Assembly: GCF_009914755.1 (NCBI RefSeq)
Contig: NC_060926.1
Reading direction: 5' to 3' (one strand)
From: the human T2T-CHM13v2.0 reference genome, Homo sapiens
Length of the DNA: 64,000 nucleotides
The translations under genes and the position numbers were made by a program. Below the pieces are notes generated by a model. It did not search any database. It saw nothing but the letters and a program-made list of their open reading frames with translations, and had not been told where the DNA came from. Of this stretch, positions 46,084 to 61,861 are shown piece by piece. How positions within the stretch are numbered: position 1 is the first letter of the stretch; every line of letters begins with the position of its first letter.

Positions 46084-46739
46084 CCAAGACAGCAATACAC
46101 ATTTTGCAAGACCACACACAAACCAAAAGATCTACTCTCAGGACATGAGAATAGTTGCCTAAGGAATTGAGAAAAGGGAGTGGGGCATGAGGAATAAAAG
46201 AAAATGAATAAATAAAGCATAAGAAACAAAACAAAAGGGGTGTAGGAGCAGAAAAGTCAAAATGCAAAGAGGGGAGGTAGCCAAGCAGGGAAGATAGCAG
46301 GTGGGCCACCCCCAAGAGCTCAGGTGGGCCAGGAGGAGGGATGAGATGGAGCCTGGAGAGGCCTTGCTGTGCAGGATATCCTGGTCTTCAGCATGTCAGT
46401 GGCTTCTTAGTCCCATTCTCTCTGGTTTCCCAGCATCTGACCTGGGTCTACAATCAACCATGCCTGACTTTTCCAAGACATCAGGCCTTGAAAACATAAG
46501 CCCGATGACTCTATCAGTCCATGTTCTGGGAGTCCAGAGATTGAAGGATTCCAGGTGAACAGGCCTCCCCAAACCCATCTTAGGAAACATATTAGCTGCA
46601 GGAGGCTGCCCCCGGGGACCATGCAAGCCCCAGAGCAGTTTGGCCAATTTTTAGATTTGGAATTCCCAACTAGTTCATATGCATTAGCAGGTTTAAGACA
46701 AAACATAGACTATATTCATGCTAAAAGGCATCTTACAAG

Positions 46740-46890
46740 TCATCAGTTTCCCCACCAGTAGCATGAGAAATACCCAGATCTCCATGGAGATCTCAAGCCT
46801 GATCTCCATGGAGATTCAGATTCAAAAGATCTTAAGGGCCCCAGGAATTTGTTTTGTTTTCCTTTTTAACTCCCCAGGTAATTATGGCTC
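46740..46890. mobile_element. MER5-like fragment
   Basis: gagattcagattca...gggccccaggaatttg...taactccccaggtaatt. Confidence 0.5.
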
Positions 46891-48567
46891 ATCCTGGACC
46901 AGACCCTTCCTACCCCTCCAACTCCCCAACAACTGGGCAATTGGAATATCAGTCCATCCCTAAAAGCCAACCAGGCTCTCCCGAGGGAGGCAGGAAATCC
47001 CTGCTCCCTCCATCCCCCACCGGGAATGCTGCAGGGGGCTTGAGGAGGCGACACAGTGGGGAGCTCTGGGTGCAGGTGGGCAGACAATGGGCCAACACAC
47101 CCCCTCAGCCCCGCTCCAGTATCAGCATTCCAGGCCCACCCACCTGGGCCCTTGGTCACCGGGAGACCTCACGCGTACACACAGGCTCTAACCTGCCCTG
47201 AGCCCAGATCCGGCGTTTCCCAAGCAGCTCTCTCAGCCTGCTGTGAACAAAGGCGATTGTTCTCCCAGGAATGGAGGGAGATGTCTCTCCGTCTTTTCTC
47301 TCCTTCTCTTCCCATTCCTCCCATCTCTGTTCCCGTCTTGAAACCTTGGGAGAGAAGGTATTCTAAATATGACTACTCTTGGCTACTTTTTCCTCTCCAA
47401 CTTGAAAGTCACACGCTGTTGTCTATGGTTATTTGGGCACCTGCAAGCAGTCAGAGGCACATTTTTCCACCTTGGAAGCTGAGGTGCAGGGAAAGGAGGG
47501 ATTTTTTTTTTTTTTAAATACACATTTGGAGTTGTTGAACCTTCCTGTGGGAATCCTCCTATTATTTAAAGGATGGATCGTGTCTGTCCCTGCCCCTACC
47601 TGATGAAGCAGTAAATCATAACAAGAGAATCTGGCTAAACAAGTTTCCAATTCAAACGTTATCTTGTGGACAAAGAACTCTTTGAATATGGTTGCTGTGT
47701 TTGGCTTCTTGTGATGGAGTGGAAAGTTATGTTTTCACTGTTGCTGAATTCTTCTCTCCCTTCAGTGTCCGATGGCCATTCACAGAGAAAGAAGTGTTGA
47801 ACTGAAAGGGGATGGGGGAGGCCACGTGGCAAGAGAGCAGTGGCCAAGCCATTTCCGGCTAATTAACACATAGATATTGATCATATTTCCTCTGCGAAGC
47901 TGCTGCAGATAAGGTGGTCCATCCCCCTTGGTCACCACATCATCAATAAGCAGACAGCCCCTTTCTAGAAGAGTCCATAATCCAAACATGCTTTGGGTAG
48001 GTGATTGATAGAAAGCTACCATTTTAAAAAGATTCCAAGTCTAAACAGAATGTGTCTGGTTACTGGCAAAATTAAATTACCCTCTGCTGGAGGAACTTCC
48101 CCTTCTAGTGAAAACAAAGTTATAGTTACAGATAAAATCGAAACTTGGGCATAAATTTTTAGAGGCTTCTAAGAGCAAGCACGTGTGATTGTTAAAATTT
48201 ATGAGCTTAATTTTATTATATGTTTGTCCCAATTTGATATATTTCATAAGTGAGAAAGTACCGCCCTCCCCCTCAAATTTGGTAGAATTTAAAGGGTCAA
48301 AAGTCCAATAGCTTCTTGTTCAAAGCACCCAGAGGCCCAGGTTTTATTTAATTCTTTTCTCTGGGCTGTTCTGGGAAATATCTTTTTCTCCCTAGAAACA
48401 TGATAACCAGGCTGCCGAGGAAAGAAAGAAAAGATAGAAACTCTTCCTGGGCTATGATGGCCTCTCTTTCTCTGGGAAAGGTTACATGTAACACCCTGCC
48501 TCTGTAGACATGTCTCATCAGACATCCTCACTTTTTCTTGCTTATAGAAACAAGGCGAATGTAGTAA

Positions 48568-49002
<435 letters not shown>

Positions 49003-49140
49003 TAAGAAGAACATAAGCATCTTCAATGACATTCCTATTTGTACAGTACATTTTCATTTACAGTGTGCTTTCACTCACAATAACTCAAATAGATGCCTAG
49101 CAAGAAAGAAAATGGTCTCTGGATTTAAAACACTCAGAGA

Positions 49141-49512
<372 letters not shown>

Positions 49513-49542
49513 CTACTCTCTGAGAGACATATTATAAGTGCT

Positions 49543-49850
<308 letters not shown>

Positions 49851-51024
49851 GTGCTGCAACTCAGAGAAGAGAGATGAGTAAAACCTGGGCCTCCAGGTGC
49901 TTCCAACCAGAAAGTCTAGAATTTCCATTTCTGTGGGCTTGGTTTGTTAAGTGTTCAGCTGGAATGATGTCTTCCTCTGAGACCCAAACCTCAACAATAA
50001 CACCCCTCTCTTTCCTTTGAAGCCAGTTTCAAACTCTTCCCTAACAGAGAAACTTTATCTCCTACATCCTCTGTACTCTTTGATTCCATCCATGGACACG
50101 GGGCCGGCGAGTCCAGCTGGACCCTGCTGCAGCCCTGTTCTGAACCCATGTAATCGACATAGGTTTATGTTTGGGGAAAAATTGCTTTGATTTTGCTTGT
50201 GATTAATGCGCTAAGATGTTACATTAGGGAAAGCGACTCTCCCACCCCTGTCTGTGGGCCCCATTAGGCTGGGTGGGTTCTCGGGAATGCAGCTGACTGC
50301 ATGTGAACACGCACGTACCCAGTGTTTGGCAGGGCTGCAGGATTGCAAGGCACTGGCTCTTCCATCACACTGTCATCGCATAGCAGGAAACACCCTGGGC
50401 AGCCCAGCTGCAGTGCTGCTGGCAGCAGAGAGCTGACCAGGGTGGTGAAAGGCACCAGGCCAATCCCTCCTGTCCTCCACAGGCCCCCTGTAATGTCTAT
50501 GGTAGGTGGGAGGCTCTTCATGGTCACGCAACCACTGACCCACCATTGGGCTGGATAGGATCCTCAGTCTCCATGCTGGGCAGTCTTGCAAGGACTTCAG
50601 TGCATCCTGAGTTGTCATCGTCACTATTTACCATAACCACCATTATCAAAGCCACCTACCTGCCCTTTGACATGCTCCAGGACAGTCTACCTGGGCCCCC
50701 TTTCAACCAGTGTGCCATTCCCGAAACCCCTCCTATACAGACATTGAGACACCCTGACTGTTGATATGACAGCGGTTTTAAAATTCAATTCCATTCAGAA
50801 CAAATATAACGAGCCTCTATTATCTTCATTCACTTCACATTTATTGATTTCCTCTGTGCCTAACACTGGGATTACAACAGTGAATTTGCCTGGCTTTCAG
50901 CACTTAGTAAAGCAGTGTCCAGGACAGTGCAGTCATTTATTCTCCAGTCCTCCTGAAAAATTCCCAGATGCCCTCTCCCCACTTCTTTGGCTCTCCCACG
51001 AAATAGCCATTATCAGTTGGCTAG

Positions 51025-51300
51025 AGCATTAGCAAAGAGAGTATAAAAGAGTGTGGGTAAATCGACAGCTATTCAAATTGCAGCTCTACTACTCACGTAT
51101 TACCAGACATGAAGCTACTTAGTATCTCTGAGCTCAGTTTCCTCATTTGTAAAATGGCAATAATAAACTCTTCATTAAAGGAGCATTGTGAAGATTAACA
51201 AACTAAGAACATGTGCAAATTGCCAATGTTGGTGTCTGACACATAGTAGCAGACCCTCTTAAATGGTAGGTACTATTGTTGTGGTGGTTATATACTATTA
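51025..51300 (+). mobile_element. MIR
   Basis: ctctgagctcagtttcctcatttgtaaaatgg...gtctgacacatagtag. Confidence 0.85.
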
Positions 51301-51860
51301 CTACTATTATCATGACTACAGTTGTTATTCACATCTTTGTCCTTTGGTTGGGAGGATAGCCATCAAGTGACAAGTACCTTGGAAAAACCCTTGGCAGATA
51401 CCTCTCCTAGGAAGTAGCTTATCTAAGTCTCAGGTGGTGGCATAGCACATTGTACCAATTCCAGTTTTTCATTGGAGGTGGCAAAACCTTTGACAAAAGC
51501 AAATGTTTATATCTATCTGGAGGAAAAATATAATTGAGGGTTTTTTTTTTAACTTATATGTGATCTCCAGTTAATTCTTTCATCCCTGGGGATCAGTATT
51601 CCTAAAACACAAAACAAAACAAAACCAAAGACCCTGGGTTGGATCCTACTCTGACTTACCAGAGGGAGGGAAGTAACACCAACACTTCTTTTTCCTTATT
51701 TTTTCTTAAAGGGTTTGGCACATCATGATTTTTTTTTAAAATAATTATCATCATCTAAAAATGCTTTATATGTGAATAATTAGTTTGTTTTTCTTTCTTT
51801 TTTTTTTTTTTTAGTTTGGGGAAGTTGGAGGATTACAAGGGAGAATTACAACTTGACATC

Positions 51861-51866
<6 letters not shown>

Positions 51867-51891
<25 letters not shown>

Positions 51892-52174
51892 GAGACTGGT
51901 TCTCACTCTGTCATTCAGGTTAGAGTATAATCCCAGCTCACTGCAATCTCTACCTTCCAAGCTCAAGTGATCCTCCCACCTCAGCCGCCTGAGCAGCTGG
52001 GACTACAGGCGCAAGCAACCACACCTGGCTAATTTTTATACTTTTTTACTTTTTTGTAGAGATGGGTTTCACCATGTTGCCTGTGGCTGGTCTTGAACTC
52101 CTGGGCTCAAGCAATCCTTCCACCTTGGCCTCCCAAAGTGCTGGGATTACAGGCGTGAGCCACGATGCTCGGCC
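51867..52174 (-). mobile_element. AluJ
   Basis: Antisense dimer. Confidence 0.93.
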
Positions 52175-52324
52175 TATATCTCATTTCTTCATCCCCTTAG
52201 ACAAGCAAAAGAAAAATAACTTTCTGAATCCACCCAGGAATCAGCTTATTCAGACCAGATCAATTGTTAATAGCAATAATACAGAAACACTTACACATCA
52301 ATTTGGCTTTACTTGTACAGAAAG

Positions 52325-52443
52325 AGCCGGGCATAGTGGCTCACACCTGTAATCCCAGCACTTTGGGATCGCTTGAGGCTAGGAGTTTGAGATCAGCCTG
52401 GGCAATATATCAAGAGTCCGTCTCTACAAAAAGAAAAAAAAAA
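52325..52443 (+). mobile_element. FLAM / Alu left monomer
   Basis: Monomer with internal deletion and A tail. Confidence 0.85.
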
Positions 52444-53713
52444 TGCACAAATGGAAATTTAATTTTTAAAGATGTCTAGTTTTGTATCATATAGACCAGG
52501 AAGATAACATAGACAGATAATTTCTACACATAAAAATATTTCCTTCAGTCAATGTAATAATCATAAAGTGGCTTTCATGACATCCGTTTTCAGATCTTGA
52601 TATTGGGCCCAATTCACAATTTAAGTACAGTTTTCCTATTTTTATTGCCAACACATTGAGTACAGCTATTTCTCACTGTTTAAATCAGAGGGAGAAATTT
52701 CATCTAGAATTATTTATTTTCACTCTTTAATTTTATTCATGTGCCTCTGGAGAATGTATCTTTTGTATGATTCTGTTTCCAAAACCCTAAGGAAAACAGA
52801 AGACAAGATGCTATTGGTTTAGGGCCTTTAAAAGGTTATTCGGAGGGGTCTCTCCTGAACTTTTTTTTTCCATAAGTCATATTTCAAGTCTTTGATCTTG
52901 ACAACCCTGAAATATTACCTTACAATTACATCATAACTATGAAATGACTTTTGTTGGCTAGTGACATGACTTTTTTAAAAGTTTCCACTAAATACACAAA
53001 TATTACAGTGAAAGGATGTCAGAGTATTCGAAATGATTAGTGATGGTATTAAAATTGCCAGTATTGCTATATATTGTGCCCCTAGGAAATTCAGAATATT
53101 TATGATCAGGACTTCAAGTAGTCTAGACTTTTTTTCCTCCTTTTAAAAGTGATTTTTAGCCTTTTCCACATGCTTTGCCATTACTTAAAGACATTCAAGC
53201 CATTGTTATTTTTTCAGTGGGGAAAAATAGCTAACATTCACACAAAAGTCAATAGAGCAACTGAACAAAATAAAATAATCTCAAACATTTATTAATTCAA
53301 TAAATGTTTACTGCAGAGTCATAATATACATGATACAAATTCAACTGTGTGCCCTTGGCCCTTATTGCCCCCCAAACAGAAAGAGAAAGAAAAAAATAAC
53401 TATTTCAATAGTGGCTGTTGTAATCACCTATCCACTCGGTGACTGAGGTCCCAGAGCCGGCCAGAGGAGGGACACGGACCCACTGTCAGCTTGGCTAGTT
53501 TTACTTTCTTCGTACCTCTCAGAGGTGAGGCTGAATGAGACGCTAGAGTCTGAAAAATAAGTGTTTAGGGTACATCTGGCCTGTAAATAAGTGCCGACTG
53601 ATTCATCTGGTTCCCAACTAAAACAAAATAGCAATCTGATCCATTGTTGGAGAAAAACCTAGCTGTGTTGAACTTGGTGAAGGATGTTACTATACTTTAT
53701 AAGCCGTTGAAGG

Positions 53714-54015
53714 GGTTAGGCATAGTGGCTCACACCTGTAATCCCAGCACTTTGGGAGGCCGAGGCAGACGGATCGCCTGAGGTCAGGAGTTCAAGACCA
53801 GCCTGGCCAACATGCTGAAACTCTGTCTCTACTAAAAAAAAATACAAAAATTAGCCAGATGTGGCAGCGGGTACCTATAATTCCAGCTACTTGGAAGTCT
53901 GAGGCATGGGAATCGCTTGAACATGGAGGCGAAGGTTGTTGCAGTGAGCTGAGATCTTGCCACTACACTCCAGCTTGGGCGAAAGTGAAACTCTGTCTCA
54001 AAAAAAAAAAAAAAA
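53714..54015 (+). mobile_element. AluS
   Basis: Full dimer. Confidence 0.94.
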
Positions 54016-54286
54016 GGCCCCTGAAGGGATTTTCCATGGTTAATCTTGAAAGTTTTATTTGTGCTACCACTCATGGTAGATGCTCAGTACAATGTATCCA
54101 GTAAAGTACATCTGCTGTATACAGGCTCTGTGCTGTATACAGGGGAAAATTCCTGACCACTTAGTGGACATTTTGGAGATCTGAAAACAAGATTATCCAC
54201 ACAAACATACATATACATACACATATCTGACTTGAGAATAAGCCACGTTTTTTGTAGAGTGGGCCACTCTTGACGTGTCCTTTTCT

Positions 54287-54474
<188 letters not shown>

Positions 54475-54665
54475 TAACTCATATTTACTTATTAGGAACT
54501 GTGAGTATGTCAAATGATATAAATTTAAAGGGTGAGATGAGACAAATTTTTATTTAGATTTCTCTTTTTAGAACTAATTATTGATACAATTGGAAATTTT
54601 GTTGTTTTTGTTGATGGTAATGGTGGCTTTTTAAAGAACAAGCTAGTGACTTAAAAATAAGCATA

Positions 54666-55928
<1,263 letters not shown>

Positions 55929-57573
55929 TCACTGTGCAACATTAGCCAGTGGAAGGCTTTTATCTGTAACATGTATACTATGTATATACTGTTTAGTCGT
56001 GAGCCATAACATCAAACATTGACTGATACATATGTGCCGGATTCTGTGAATTGCTTCCCTGGCCCCAAACAGCCTCAGTTGCACCAAATCTGAAATGCAT
56101 CCTGCCAAGCATTTTCCCCCTAATTGTTTTAACACAGGATATTTTCAGGAAAAGCTTATCCACCCATTTCTAATTCCATTACAGTTCGCCCCCTTAAGAT
56201 GTTACCTTGCCCAAGCTAATTCTATCAAAAAAAAAAAAAAAAAAACTTTTTACTTCCTCTTTCAAGGTTTCACTACTTTGCAAACAGGTGGTCCATCAAA
56301 ACAGCTGCCCATGCCCTCCTCCTCAACTCATGTTTGATTCAAGCTCAGAAGGAGCTTTGTTTAAGCACTCAGACTCCTGGAGAGGTTGGAAAACACACCA
56401 GCCCGGGATCAGGAGGAGAGAACTGAAGCAAGCACTGAACTTTCTAACAACTCAAACCTAATCTTTCCCTCTCTCCTTATAGGATCAAATGGAAATTGCA
56501 AAGGTCATATGCAATAACTCATTCAAGCTGACCTTTTGAGTTCAAGAGAAACTAGGATGACAAGATAGAAGTGTGGCTTTTAGACAGAGGGCCATCCTGC
56601 CTGGGGACATCAACAGATCTTGGTAGCTTTATTTTAGAACTAGAAAGAATGGCAGGAGAAGCAACGAGCATCCTCATTAAAGCTGATTTACTGGAGAGAC
56701 TCAAAATCCTCCTTTCCTCTTTGGTATCACCCAAGTCACTCATGCCAATTTGTGAAGCTGCACATCATTATTTTAATTGTCTGCAGCCCTTGGGTGAGTT
56801 TTAATCATCTCAGTGGCCTGGTGGCTACAAGCAGGGCTCTGGACACTACAGTGAAGAGTTTTCACAGGCACATTTGGTGTCCACCAATTCAGATGGGACC
56901 AAAGAAACTAAAGGAACGTAGTCTCATTGATAAACTTTGGGGCAAGTTTTGGGTTTTGTTTTGTTCCTTCTCTCATAGCATAGGAGCTAACTGTCCTCTG
57001 ATGTAACAAAGATAAATCAGAATCAGGCTCTGGCAAAGGTTTGTATTTGATCAACAAAACACTACACAAAAAAGTAGGTAGTCCGGCATTGCCCTGCTTT
57101 CCAAAGCTCTCACTGCTATGGGTTCATCCCTGCTAAAATTGCTTCCTTTCTGCAAACCTCCCGATAATCTTCCTAAAGGAAAAAGCCTTAAACAAATGAT
57201 CCCTCTGCATAGAATGTTAATTGTCAGGTGACAGGAGTGTCAGTGGGTTCAGCTTCAGAGAAATGCTGAAATCAGGGACACACATGTCCTTTCTAGTGCT
57301 ATTCAGTTCTCCTTATGTTCCTACACACATCCTTCACCCCGGGGAATCCACAGGTCTGTGCCTCAAGAGCCCCAGAATCACTCACCCCAGCCTGGCTGCA
57401 GATTCCACCCCCACAGCCATGGGTATGCCCTGCCTGCACTTCTGCTCTTTCCTCAAAGCCATGTGATGAGACAGAAACCTGAAACATTCCTTGGGTGCTC
57501 TTGGTATTTGAATCATTGTTTAAATGGGTTTGACACAGCAAAGTTTAGAAACTTTGTGAAGAGAGAAATAGGT

Positions 57574-57895
57574 GGCTGGGCAGGGATGGTTCACATCTGT
57601 AATCCCAACACTTTAGGAGGCCGAGGTGGAAGGATCACTTGAGGTCAGGAATTCGAGACCAGCCTGTCCAACATGGCAAAACCCCATCTCTACTAAAAAT
57701 ACAAAAATTAGCCAGGCGTGGTGGTGCGTGCCTGGGGTCCCATCTACTTGGGAGGCTGAGGCACAAGAATCACTTGAACTGGGAGCAGGACGTTGCAGTG
57801 AGTTGAGACCTCACTGCTGCACTCCAGCCTGGGTGACAGGGTGAGACTCCATCTCAAAAAAAAAAAAAAAGAAAAAGAAACAAAAAATAAATAAA
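57574..57895 (+). mobile_element. AluS
   Basis: TSD AAGAG(A/G)GAAATAGG. Confidence 0.94.
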
Positions 57896-59113
57896 GAGGG
57901 AAATAGGGAAAAGTGAGAGAAAAGATGGGAACTGTCAAAAAACAGTGATCCTGCGGTATGTTGCAGGAGACTCACAGTAAGCAAATGCTGGCCGCCTGGA
58001 GGGCAGGCATGGTGCCAGTTGCATTTGGGTGGCCCCATCAGAGACCCTGACGGCTGTTCGTATTGCTGCCACCCTTCTATCTGGACATTTCTTGTAAGAT
58101 CTTTCAACACTGCTCTAGATTTGTGTAATTCTAATCTCTGTGGCTATACAGAGAAAAATGAGGTCCAACCAAAATAGGAGCAGGGCTCTCTGGAGAATCT
58201 CTTGGATTCTAAGGGAGGTATAGCTCAGGGGTGACCTACTAGAAAGTTTGTCTAAGATCTTTACTGCCCACTGGTGTTGCCAGGGAAACTGGCATGGTGG
58301 AAGTCGGCCCATGCTGAGCCTTATTAATAAGTAGCTGAGATTTGCTGTCACACAAAGGCTGGGAGACCACCATGACATGGCAATAGACACAGGGTGAGGG
58401 CAAAGCAGGGACATGAAAGAACCACAGTTATATGGACACAGTAAGGAGACAGTTAAGGACACTGGGGTAAGTGTAGAGGGCTGGTTCTTGTTGAGATACA
58501 GAAAGAAAAATATCTTCCCTTAAAAAAATCAACACCATATTCTTGCCATAGAGATAAGAAAAGTGGTGATGAACCAGCCCAAAGTAATCTCCAAGGGACC
58601 AAGCCTTTTTGGAGATATGACAATCTACAAAGTCGTTGATTTCCCAACATTCTCCCTTCTGTGCCTTACAGTGCAGAGTGATACTGATTTATTAAGCCAA
58701 AGTGAACTGAGGTTAATTTAATTTTGAGGATTTCTCAACATGCCTTCAGAGAGTTGGAGACACTCTAGGTTGTTGTGAAACTGAGGCTGGAAGTCCCTGT
58801 CATCCCACATATCTAGGTTTAGTGGGACCAACTGATTGGCTCAGGGGGAGAAATAAAGGAAGTACTAAGAAACCTCCTTTTTCAGGTGAAGGTAAATAAC
58901 AAGAAAAAGGATAAGCATGTTTATTTAATAAATGATTTCATGATCTCTGAAATCCACCCTTCCAGCATGCATCTGTGGGGCTAATCCTGCCTGCTCAGGC
59001 CCAGGAGGGGTGAGCCTCCTTGAGCCTCGGGCAGCTGCAGAATCAGACAGCTGAAGAAAGGCCCAGGTACCAGCCTTTAGAGGTAGGTCAAGTGAGTTAG
59101 CCACTTTTCCTAA

Positions 59114-59474
<361 letters not shown>

Positions 59475-59535
59475 CTGATTGAAGACAAATTTCTATAAAC
59501 ATTTCCTTCTGAGCAAATTTCAAGGCAATTAGAAA

Positions 59536-59742
59536 GGCTCCTGTCCTTTCTAAGCCTATATTTTCAGCTTTTCCTTTATTTCTGTGACCTACCCGCATAT
59601 CTTCATGATAAATGTATTTTTGCTTAAATTAATTAGAATTGGCTTCTGCTGCTTGCAATCGAAGTATTCTAACTGCTACACACACCTTCAGAAAAAGTCC
59701 AGGTTGTTAAAATGGAAAACCAAAATAGAAAAATAGGAATTT
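59536..59742 (+). repeat. 207-bp direct duplication, copy 1 (copy 2 at 60929-61135)
   Basis: Manual alignment: 7 mismatches, no indels. Confidence 0.95.
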
Positions 59743-60662
59743 ATTTTTCCTAGCTTTCTCCTGTCGAGAAGGAGAGAGATGAATAGAGACAATTGCACTC
59801 ACTGGTTTGCTTTGTGAGGTCATAATTTTTCATTATTTGCCAGAAGAAATAAGATACACATTGAGATGGAGAAGTCGTCTAATGTGAACACTGCAGAGTT
59901 TACAGCTCAGTGTCCTGTTAGAATGTCTGAAATTCTCTCGCTCTGAAATATGTCCTTTCCATGTCCCCAGACCAGGCTTTGCTGACAGCAGCTGGGCATG
60001 TTTTCAGTACTTCTCAGCTCAAGTCATCATCTAATGCAGAGACAGGCTTCATTTCATTGATGGAAACTGTAAAGCTGACTCCTTACTGAAGATCTCTCTT
60101 CTGTGTGTCTGATGCCAGACAAGGCCCTGGGGGAAATGCAGAGGAACAGGACCCTGTTTCTGCCCTTGAGAAATTCACAGTTTAGTGGAGCAGCCGGGCA
60201 CCGACGCTCCTCACATGGTAGCTGCTCCTGAACGGAGGCCATGGTTGCTAGGCAGCTGGTTCAGAACAGTTATTCAAGTCAGGAAGTCAAGTCCTGCTTT
60301 TAGCTCTGCCCCTTGACATGTGAGATAAGTCACTTGTCTGAGGATCTTCTGCCTACAGTGTAATACATATAATTAGAGAATTACTTAACATCTCCCTATA
60401 ATGAGCTGCAGTTGCATAAGCCTGGATATATTTTAATGATTCCAATTAAAAGGGAATACAATCTTGTTCCCAGGTCTTCCTGAGTAAAATCCAAGCACCC
60501 GTTCCCACCAGTCTTATAGATCATTACTATATTTCTTTGGTGTCTTCCAAAATGGCATGACTAAATTCAGTAAGTTTATTGAGAGAATGAGCAAATGACT
60601 CAAGAGTCAGTATTGGCTCCTCGTGCTACAACGTCTAGCACTTAAACAACTGTGCCCTTCAC

Positions 60663-61073
60663 GGTCATGGACATCTGTCCTTTTGGCCTGCTCAGCTTCC
60701 ATCCCCTCTTTTTCTAGTAACAGCTCCTCATTTGGCTTTGGGGAACTATCGCTTCCTGTTGGATACAATCGTAGTGGTTCTTTTAACCAAATCTAAGCCA
60801 GGCTAGAAACACAACACCGGAATTTCAGTCTTGAATGTTCTTGAGAATGGTCAGAGGTCAACGGAGACTGCAGTACCCTGAAGAGAGTATCCATTGGTTC
60901 CTGCGGCCTGAACCCTGGGCTTTGCTCTGGCTCCTGTCCTTTCTGAGCCTATATTTTCTGCTTTTCCTTTATTTCTGTGACCTACCCGCATATCTTCACA
61001 ATAAATGTCTTTTTGCTTAAATTAATTAGAATTGGCTTCTGTTGCTTGCAATCGAAGTATTCTAACTGCGACA
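60663..61073 (+). mobile_element. LTR33-like ERVL solo LTR
   Basis: gtcatggacatctgtcc...tagtaacagc...tttggggaac at the 5' end; aataaa...ttctgttgcttgcaa...ctaactgcgaca at the 3' end. Confidence 0.75.
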
Positions 61074-61332
61074 CACACCTTCAGAAAAAGTCCAGGTTGT
61101 TAAAATGGAAAACCAAAATAGAAAAATAGGAATTTTGAAGCTAAAAGAAGCTTTTGAAATCTAGTTAAACTCTTTCATTTCCCATAAAATCTGACCCAGA
61201 GAAGTGACGTGACTTGATGAATATCCTACTATTGGTTGGTAAAAGCCAAGCCTAGAACCCAGGAGACCTAGAACCCAGGAGCCCTTCCACTTTTCTACCC
61301 TATTTCCTGTCCTCAGATCTTCTCTTCTAAGG

Positions 61333-61680
61333 TTATTGCCTATGACTACTTTCATGCTACTACAGTAGAGTTGAGTAGCTGTGACAGATGACATATAGTC
61401 TCCCACGCCTAAAATATTTACAATCAGGCCCCTTATAGGAAAAGGTTGCCAACACCTGCCATACACCATACATAAATGAATGTATGACTGTGTTCCAATA
61501 TAACTTTATTTATAGACACTGAAATGTTAATTTCATATAATTTTCAAGTTTCTCCAAATATTCTTTTGATTTTTTTAAACACTTAAAAATGCGAAACCCA
61601 TTCTTCGTTCACAGACTGTACAAAAACAGGAAGCAGGCTGGATTTGACCTACAGAATGATGGGATCCTACATGCATCCCT
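61333..61680. mobile_element. MER58 pieces in opposite orientations
   Basis: 61333-61458 is the reverse complement of the MER58 5' end; 61459 onward is the MER58B body on the plus strand. Confidence 0.8.
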
Positions 61681-61861
61681 GGTTTTAGCCAGTTTGAGTT
61701 AGGGTTTCTGCTACGTGCAATGAAATATGACCTAAATGATAAAATAAAGTCATCCATACATTTATTGCTCATCTATTATGCGTGAGGCACACAATGAGGA
61801 ATAAGACACAATTCCTTCTCCTAAGGACTCAGTAATCTAGTTAGGGACTCAAGGGCTTCCA

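Noticed and set aside
59536-61135. Direct repeats as paired LTRs of a small provirus
   Set aside because: The duplicated unit is only the LTR 3' part plus external flank; no PBS/PPT or shared TSD is seen.
61251-61282. 16-bp tandem duplication cctagaacccaggag; similar slippage at 9533-9574
   Set aside because: Ordinary replication slippage.
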